This document shows, one piece after another, positions 59,010 to 64,000 of a stretch of 64,000 bases of DNA (positions are counted from its first letter, which is position 1; each line of letters begins with the position of its first letter). The stretch spans positions 576,001 to 640,000 of the forward strand of contig OY969811.1 in the NCBI GenBank assembly GCA_963703315.1, written 5' to 3'. The notes under the pieces were generated by a model. That model saw only the letters and a list, made by a program, of their open reading frames with translations, was not told the origin of the DNA and made no database searches. The translations under genes were made by a program, and so were the position numbers. The DNA is from an uncultured cyanobacterium (GTDB lineage: Bacteria > Cyanobacteriota > Cyanobacteriia > Pseudanabaenales > Pseudanabaenaceae).

Positions 59010-59398
59010 TGGAATCGGGCAGAGTCGAACTGCCGTCCGCACTAGCGCCTAACCTCCCAGTCATTCACAGGTTTATCCAATCTGATCCTCGTGGAGGGAA
59101 CTGCTATTTGTCCCTAGCAATGGGGGATGCACTGATAAAGTCTTGAGCGAATAACCTACCAGAGAAAGTTATAAGCAGCATCCGTTGAGGGGTTGAGAAA
59201 TGTATTTAACGGAGTCATACATTTCTCCTCGAAACCGAAAAGTTTGGTTCTTAGGCTGCTACAGGAGCTGCTTTACGAGAGAAAGATACAATGTTGTTCG
59301 CATGTACTTGTTTGCGCCATTGATTTACGAGAGATAGCACGCTCTCGACCTGCATCAAGGGATAGCTTCTACTAACACGTCGAAACCCTTACGATCCC
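59010..59398 (-). ncRNA. ssrA: tmRNA
   Basis: 5' GGGATCGTAAGGGTTTCGAC; 3' GGCAGTTCGACTCTGCCCGATTCCA with a G3:U pair; tag ORF 59301-59251 encodes ANNIVSFSRKAAPVAA-stop. Confidence 0.97.
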
Positions 59399-59586
59399 AG
59401 TTGTTTTAACTGCATTTAAATAAACTAGATATGCTAGGTCAAGCCATAGCAAACTAAGCTTATTTGCCGCTAGTTATATTTATCATAGCTTACAAAACTA
59501 TGATCTAGGGCAAATTGTTTTAAATTTTCTGCAAGCTGTCAAGAAACATCGTGTTTTGCATGGTGCATCTTTACAGCGCTAAAACT

Positions 59587-59637
59587 CAGAGAAATTTTCA
59601 AAAGCGGCGCGAAGCGCCGCTTTTGAAAATTTCTCTG
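59587..59637. repeat. Perfect palindrome with 24-bp arms
   Basis: CAGAGAAATTTTCAAAAGCGGCGC-GAA-GCGCCGCTTTTGAAAATTTCTCTG. Confidence 0.9.
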
Positions 59638-59691
59638 GACTACTTCAAGCCTCAATAGACTGGATTATTGTATTAAATGATACAATTTAGA

Positions 59692-59775
59692 TATAGCATT
59701 TCACAGCCTAGTGAAGTATGGGATTGTTTCTCCGCCTTCGGCGGAGAAACAATTATCTGTATGAAAAGCGCTATA
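59692..59775. mobile_element. MITE-like family B element (opposite orientation to 49949-50043)
   Basis: TATAGCATTTCACAGCCTAGTGAAGTA...ATTGTTTCTCCGCC-TTC-GGCGGAGAAACAAT...TGAAAAGCGCTATA. Confidence 0.7.
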
Positions 59776-59802
59776 TATACTCGTGGGAGTTTGGAGGTAT
59801 GT

Positions 59803-60321
59803 ATGAAACCTCGTGCATCTTCTGTTTTCATCCTAATCACCGCGATCGCCGCAAGTCTCTTAGCTAGCGAACCGACAGCAGCCCAATCTTGTAATTATTA
59901 TGTTGGTAGAGCCGTTGGTGGACAAGCAATTAATATTGATACTTGTTCCATTTCCAGAGCCAGTTATCGCAGTGTGAACTTTGTTTATTACTTAGGTAGC
60001 GATCGCGTTGAAAGCCAAGCTAATTGCCAAGATCGAGTATGGACAACTTTTCCTGAACGCACTGTCCATAGTCCCCAATCTGCGGCGACAGTCAAAATGT
60101 TGAATTATGTTTGTAATTTTGATTCGCAAATATCTAATCGCACAGGTACAGCTTATGTCTTTGATCCTCCATCTAATGTAAGAGTCTCGCCTAACGGTAA
60201 TCTGTTGTGTGTTGTGCGATCGCCTCAAACTATTGATCTTTACGGCAAAACTGGAGGGTGGTACTACACCGATGTATGCGGCTCGATGGGAGTGATTCAT
60301 TCGAGTCAGTTACGCTTTTAG
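59803..60321 (+). CDS. Exported Cys-rich hypothetical protein with a possible C-terminal SH3b-like domain
   Basis: GGAGG then ATG at 59803; signal peptide ending AAQ; six cysteines; SNVRVSPNG..GWY..GVIHSSQL pattern. Confidence 0.65.
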   Translation: MKPRASSVFILITAIAASLLASEPTAAQSCNYYVGRAVGGQAINIDTCSISRASYRSVNFVYYLGSDRVESQANCQDRVWTTFPERTVHSPQSAATVKMLNYVCNFDSQISNRTGTAYVFDPPSNVRVSPNGNLLCVVRSPQTIDLYGKTGGWYYTDVCGSMGVIHSSQLRF

Positions 60322-60344
60322 AAATTTTCCTTTGTCTTAAAACC

Positions 60345-60379
60345 AATCAAAAGGCGGTGCAAAGCACCGCCTTTTGATT
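60345..60379. terminator. Hairpin between convergent genes
   Basis: AATCAAAAGGCGGTGC-AAA-GCACCGCCTTTTGATT. Confidence 0.8.
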
Positions 60380-60392
60380 TTGGAATTTTAGT

Positions 60393-61538
60393 CTAAACAA
60401 GCAGTAAAGCTTCTGCGAGGTCTTTATCCATTTGCTCAGCACTAGCGATCGCCTCGGTGATAATTTGGCGAGGACTAATGCCATTGTGATAAGCTGCTAG
60501 CCAGCGCTGTGCTTCATTCCCTTGCTCTAGAATCTTTTGCAATGGCGATAGGAAACACCACACTCCCGTATCCTTAGCCCGCGATCGCAGTTCTTCGTAC
60601 AAATCAGAAATCCATGCCCTTGCGGTAATTTGTTCACCTGTTTGCCAATGGGTTAGTACTGCATCCAGACTATTTGTTGCTACCGCTATTTCATTTTGAT
60701 CGGCGATCATCTCTAATTCAATTGGTGTAAATTTACTCGCATTCGGAGCAAGGGGATCAAGGGATGAACCGATGCCAGCTTCGAGAAATTGATTTAAACG
60801 CATTTCTAAAAGTGCGGTAATTGCCAGTAGCGCCACAGGATCGATGACAAGATCGGAAATTCGCAACTCTAGACGATTGAGAGAATAGGGACGATTATCA
60901 CCATTAGGACGCACTGAAGACCAGAGATGACGTACATTTTGCATTGTTCCTAATTGCAATTGTTGTTCTGTCCATTCCACAAAATGATGATGACTACGGA
61001 ATAATGGAACCTGTTTAGGAGTCTTCGGAAACATTTGCCAACGCGAAGAATGGAATCCTGTTGCTTTGCCATTCAGAAAAGGAGAAGCTGCACTCAAAGC
61101 AAGATAGAGAGGTGCTTCAAGTCGAATCAATCGACAGGCAGCAATTAATAGTTCTAGATCAGGAATCCCCACATTAATATGAATACTTGCAGTGACAACA
61201 TCTGTGCCATAAGTTTGCTCAATGTAAGTATGGTAAGGATTTTGTGGATCAGAGCGATAAAAATGATCAGTGCCGCCTAACGCCAAAGTACTTCCGGGCA
61301 TGAGCGTATAGTCGCCAAGCGATCGCAAATAGCTGCGTAATTTTTGTCTCGGTTCCACTAAAGCCATTAACAATGGTTCATATTTATGAAAAGGTGGAGT
61401 GATATATTCAACATTGCGGCTATCTGGCTCACGCACAAACCCATTCAGATTCGCCACAATGCGATCGCTAAAGCCAATCACATCCCCCGTCGGTGTAGAG
61501 GTGTAGATTTCTACTTCAAAGCCTTTGGATAAAAGCAC
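60393..61538 (-). CDS. gshA: Cyanobacterial glutamate-cysteine ligase
   Basis: LLSKGFEVEIY, FVREPDSRNVEY, YIEQTYGTDVVTASIHIN, MQNVRHLWSSVRPNG, LNRLELRI. Confidence 0.92.
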   Translation of the reverse strand: MLLSKGFEVEIYTSTPTGDVIGFSDRIVANLNGFVREPDSRNVEYITPPFHKYEPLLMALVEPRQKLRSYLRSLGDYTLMPGSTLALGGTDHFYRSDPQNPYHTYIEQTYGTDVVTASIHINVGIPDLELLIAACRLIRLEAPLYLALSAASPFLNGKATGFHSSRWQMFPKTPKQVPLFRSHHHFVEWTEQQLQLGTMQNVRHLWSSVRPNGDNRPYSLNRLELRISDLVIDPVALLAITALLEMRLNQFLEAGIGSSLDPLAPNASKFTPIELEMIADQNEIAVATNSLDAVLTHWQTGEQITARAWISDLYEELRSRAKDTGVWCFLSPLQKILEQGNEAQRWLAAYHNGISPRQIITEAIASAEQMDKDLAEALLLV

Positions 61539-61631
61539 GGGAGGTTTCCTTTTGCTATAGTCACTATTACTAGCCTACCTTGCAATGCGATCAAGATCGC
61601 TAAAATTCACCTGAATGGGTAGGTATAGCAA

Positions 61632-61658
61632 AAATAGAGTCGCGTCGTGACTCTATTT
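61632..61658. terminator. Hairpin overlapping the menE stop codon
   Basis: AAATAGAGTC-GCGTCGT-GACTCTATTT. Confidence 0.65.
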
Positions 61659-63144
61659 ATAGCATCAACCGAATCTGTTGACGTAAAAGCTTGCCTGATG
61701 CAGTTTTTGGTAAAGATTGCCAAATATGTAGTGATTTGGGTAACTTATAGCGAGCTAGAGATTTCTGTTCGCAAAATTGCCTAATATCTTCTAGTGATAG
61801 TGGGGCTATCGTCACAATTACCGCCGCTACTATTTCCCCCCATTCGCGATCGCCGATCCCCACAACACAAGCTTCATTAATTTGGGGATGTTCTAATAGA
61901 ATCGATTCGATCTCCGTTGGATAAATATTTTCGCCGCCACTAATAATCAAATCCGATCGCCGACTCACTACATAGAGATAGCCATCGCGATCGCAATAGC
62001 CCAAATCCCCTGTATAAAGCCAATCATCCTTAACAGCATGATTCCCCAATTGGTTAAGATAACCACTCATTACGCTTGCACCCTGCACAAGGATTTGTCC
62101 AACTTCACCAATGGTAACTTCTTGTTCAGGATTATCTAAATCGACAATTCGCAAACGATTTCCAAATAGAGGTAAACCTGAAGATCCTTGCTTGAGAGCA
62201 ACCTCATGGGGAAAGAGAGTAGTAACTTGGGAAGCCGTTTCGGTCATGCCATAGGTGGGCATAATCGGTAAATTCAACTTAAGGCATTGGCTAATTAGCT
62301 CTGGACTTGCGGGTGCGCCGCCTAGGAGAATTGCGCGTAACTTCTGAAGATTTTGCCAATTAGAATGATTTAGTAATCGCGTGAGCATGGTCGGGACAAG
62401 GGAAATGAGCGTCACTTTCTCCGTAGCGATCGCTTCTAAAACCTCCTGCTCACCAAACTTCGGTAAAAGCGTAATCGTAGTGCCATTGATCACACTCCGC
62501 CATGCGATCGCTAATCCCCCCACATGAAACAACGGCATACATAGCAACCAGTTATCATCGGGTGCAATTCCTAAATGCAAAGCTGAAGCGATCGCGCTAT
62601 AGAAATGATTGCCATAGGTTAAAGGAACTGCCTTAGGCTTCCCAGTCGTTCCCGATGTATAAAAAATTCCCTGTATATGATCTAGATTAATTACGCCCTC
62701 ACCCCTAGCCCTTCTCCCAAAGGGAGAGGGGGCTGGGGGGTGAGGGCAATTCTCAACTATTAAACGCTCAATTTGACTTCCCAAATTATTAGCAGCAAGT
62801 TGAGTAAATTCATCGCAAAGTAAATATTTAGCCTGACTATCTTCTATTTGCCAACACAATTCTTCAGTAGTGAGGCGAATATTCAAAAAAGTAGCTACAG
62901 CTTCACATCTCACTAAGGCATGAACAATCATAATGTATTGCGGCTGATTGGTTAATAACAAACCAACGAGATCGCCTGATTTAACTCCCAAAGCTTGCAA
63001 GCAATTAACCCAATCATTAACAGCTTCTTCCAATTGTGAATATGTCCAATATTCTGACTGGTCACTAGTTGTTGATTTAAAGATGAAGGCGATCGTCTCC
63101 TTCTTCTGCACTGCTCGTTGTAATAGCCAATTGGGAAATAGCAT
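61657..63144 (-). CDS. menE: o-succinylbenzoate-CoA ligase
   Basis: PNWLLQRA, FYTSGTTGKPK, PLFHVGGL, LLGGAP, TYGMTETASQ, YTGDLG, RRSDLIISGGENIYP, PKTASGKL. Confidence 0.88.
   Translation of the reverse strand: MLFPNWLLQRAVQKKETIAFIFKSTTSDQSEYWTYSQLEEAVNDWVNCLQALGVKSGDLVGLLLTNQPQYIMIVHALVRCEAVATFLNIRLTTEELCWQIEDSQAKYLLCDEFTQLAANNLGSQIERLIVENCPHPPAPSPFGRRARGEGVINLDHIQGIFYTSGTTGKPKAVPLTYGNHFYSAIASALHLGIAPDDNWLLCMPLFHVGGLAIAWRSVINGTTITLLPKFGEQEVLEAIATEKVTLISLVPTMLTRLLNHSNWQNLQKLRAILLGGAPASPELISQCLKLNLPIMPTYGMTETASQVTTLFPHEVALKQGSSGLPLFGNRLRIVDLDNPEQEVTIGEVGQILVQGASVMSGYLNQLGNHAVKDDWLYTGDLGYCDRDGYLYVVSRRSDLIISGGENIYPTEIESILLEHPQINEACVVGIGDREWGEIVAAVIVTIAPLSLEDIRQFCEQKSLARYKLPKSLHIWQSLPKTASGKLLRQQIRLML
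62695..62747. repeat. GC-rich palindromic repeat lying in frame inside menE
   Basis: GCCCTCACCCCTAGCCCTTCTCCC-AAA-GGGAGAGGGGGCTGGGGGGTGAGGGC, read as CPHPPAPSPFGRRARGEG. Confidence 0.85.
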
Positions 63145-63174
63145 ATCTATGTGTTTTTTAAGTGGAGCCTTAAA

Positions 63175-64000
63175 TCATGGTTTAGTACAAGCAATAAAAA
63201 AGCAATAGGTATACTCTGGAGAAACTTGATGACCTAGATCATGTATTAATTGAACAATCTCAGGATTATTATCCGTAAGTTGACGAATTGCCCCGTCAAC
63301 ACCTGGCACACCCCAATAAGGAACCAATAGATGCCCTCTTACCTCTTGGATAACATATCCTGTTGCTGACAGAAAATCCTTGAGTTCCTCCAATCTAAAC
63401 TCTTGAATATGCTGACAGTTGGTTTTGAATTCTGAATACCCCAATGCCCTAGTAATTCTTAAATGAAGACTATCCCTATTAGCGGAATTCAGTAGTAAAC
63501 AACCACCAGATTTTAGGACTCTGAAAGCTTCTCTAAGAACTTTTTGATAATCGGAGAAATGATCCATTGCTTCAATTATGATTATAATATCAAAGGTGTT
63601 ATCAGGAAAGTCGAGATTAATCGCATTCATCTGCAAAAACTGATGATTAGGCAAGTGACTATATAATTTATTCGCTTGTGCGATCGCGACATCAGAAATA
63701 TCAATCCCTACCATTTGTTCGCAATTTTCAATAATTGAAGCTGCTCTTCCTGCACCACACGCAATATCCAAAATCTTTTTATTAGCTGTATTAGGAATCA
63801 TTTCTAAAGTATATTGATCTATTTCCGATGAACGGATTTGATCGTATGGAGTTGGGAACTCATAGCCTCCTTCTTCATAAAGAAGATTCATCTCTTGTCT
63901 AATTTGTTCGTCAGATAAATATTTAAAGTTGACGATCTTCTCTAGTACTCCTGTTAGTCCTGTCTTACGTTGCGAAGAAAATATCTTAGAAAAGAGCTTG
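63175..64000 (-). CDS. Class I SAM-dependent methyltransferase; the frame stays open to the right edge, so the gene is probably 5'-truncated
   Basis: ILDIACGAG, GIDIS, FPDNTFD, RVLKSGG; 36 further sense codons upstream of the Met at 63891 (KLFSKIFSSQRK...EQIRQE). Confidence 0.85.
   Translation of the reverse strand, partial: KLFSKIFSSQRKTGLTGVLEKIVNFKYLSDEQIRQEMNLLYEEGGYEFPTPYDQIRSSEIDQYTLEMIPNTANKKILDIACGAGRAASIIENCEQMVGIDISDVAIAQANKLYSHLPNHQFLQMNAINLDFPDNTFDIIIIIEAMDHFSDYQKVLREAFRVLKSGGCLLLNSANRDSLHLRITRALGYSEFKTNCQHIQEFRLEELKDFLSATGYVIQEVRGHLLVPYWGVPGVDGAIRQLTDNNPEIVQLIHDLGHQVSPEYTYCFFIACTKP

Larger units (their letters stand above)
1..64000. repeat. HIP1 octamer (GCGATCGC) dispersed through the window
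   Basis: Very many occurrences in genes and spacers; none seen in the AT-rich genes at 7521-9512 and 19898-20605. Confidence 0.95.

Noticed and set aside
59193..59375. 60-aa plus-strand ORF
   Set aside because: Antisense to the tmRNA.
58255..59398. Integrative element at the ssrA 3' end
   Set aside because: No integrase and no duplicated ssrA 3' end seen; only a Uma2 gene lies before malQ.
59677..59802. N-terminal extension of the 214-aa ORF
   Set aside because: It reads through a family B element; the RBS and signal peptide point to the ATG at 59803.

Overview
This is a cyanobacterial chromosome segment. The HIP1 octamer GCGATCGC is abundant, and chlG, ycf66, sufR, the panC-cmk fusion and a cyanobacterial-type tmRNA tag are present; the repeat style suggests a Pseudanabaena-like organism (inference). 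Most genes are housekeeping: Ktr K+ uptake, chlG, a lytic transglycosylase, sufBCD/sufR/nfu, bioB, ppk1, larE, rlpA, panC-cmk, lptA/B/FG, mutS, glcEF, a Ser/Thr kinase, an NdhR-like LysR, sbp-cysT-cysW, malQ, gshA, menE, tRNA-Cys and tmRNA. Small accessory modules are wedged between or inside these operons: a GHKL-ATPase/PD-(D/E)xK nuclease flanked by TA genes, an ABC-ATPase + TOPRIM-like pair where sufS would be expected, two genes splitting sufB from sufC, a decayed AbrB/PIN TA pair inside the lpt operon, and an AT-rich AlkB + membrane-anchored methyltransferase-like pair. The intergenic DNA is unusually dense in palindromes: more than 30 long hairpins, most with a 3-nt loop that often reads GNA on one strand, two MITE-like families with TA ends, REP-like doublets, and one palindrome lying in frame inside menE. 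All protein calls come from motif recognition by eye; no database search was run, and counts are by hand.
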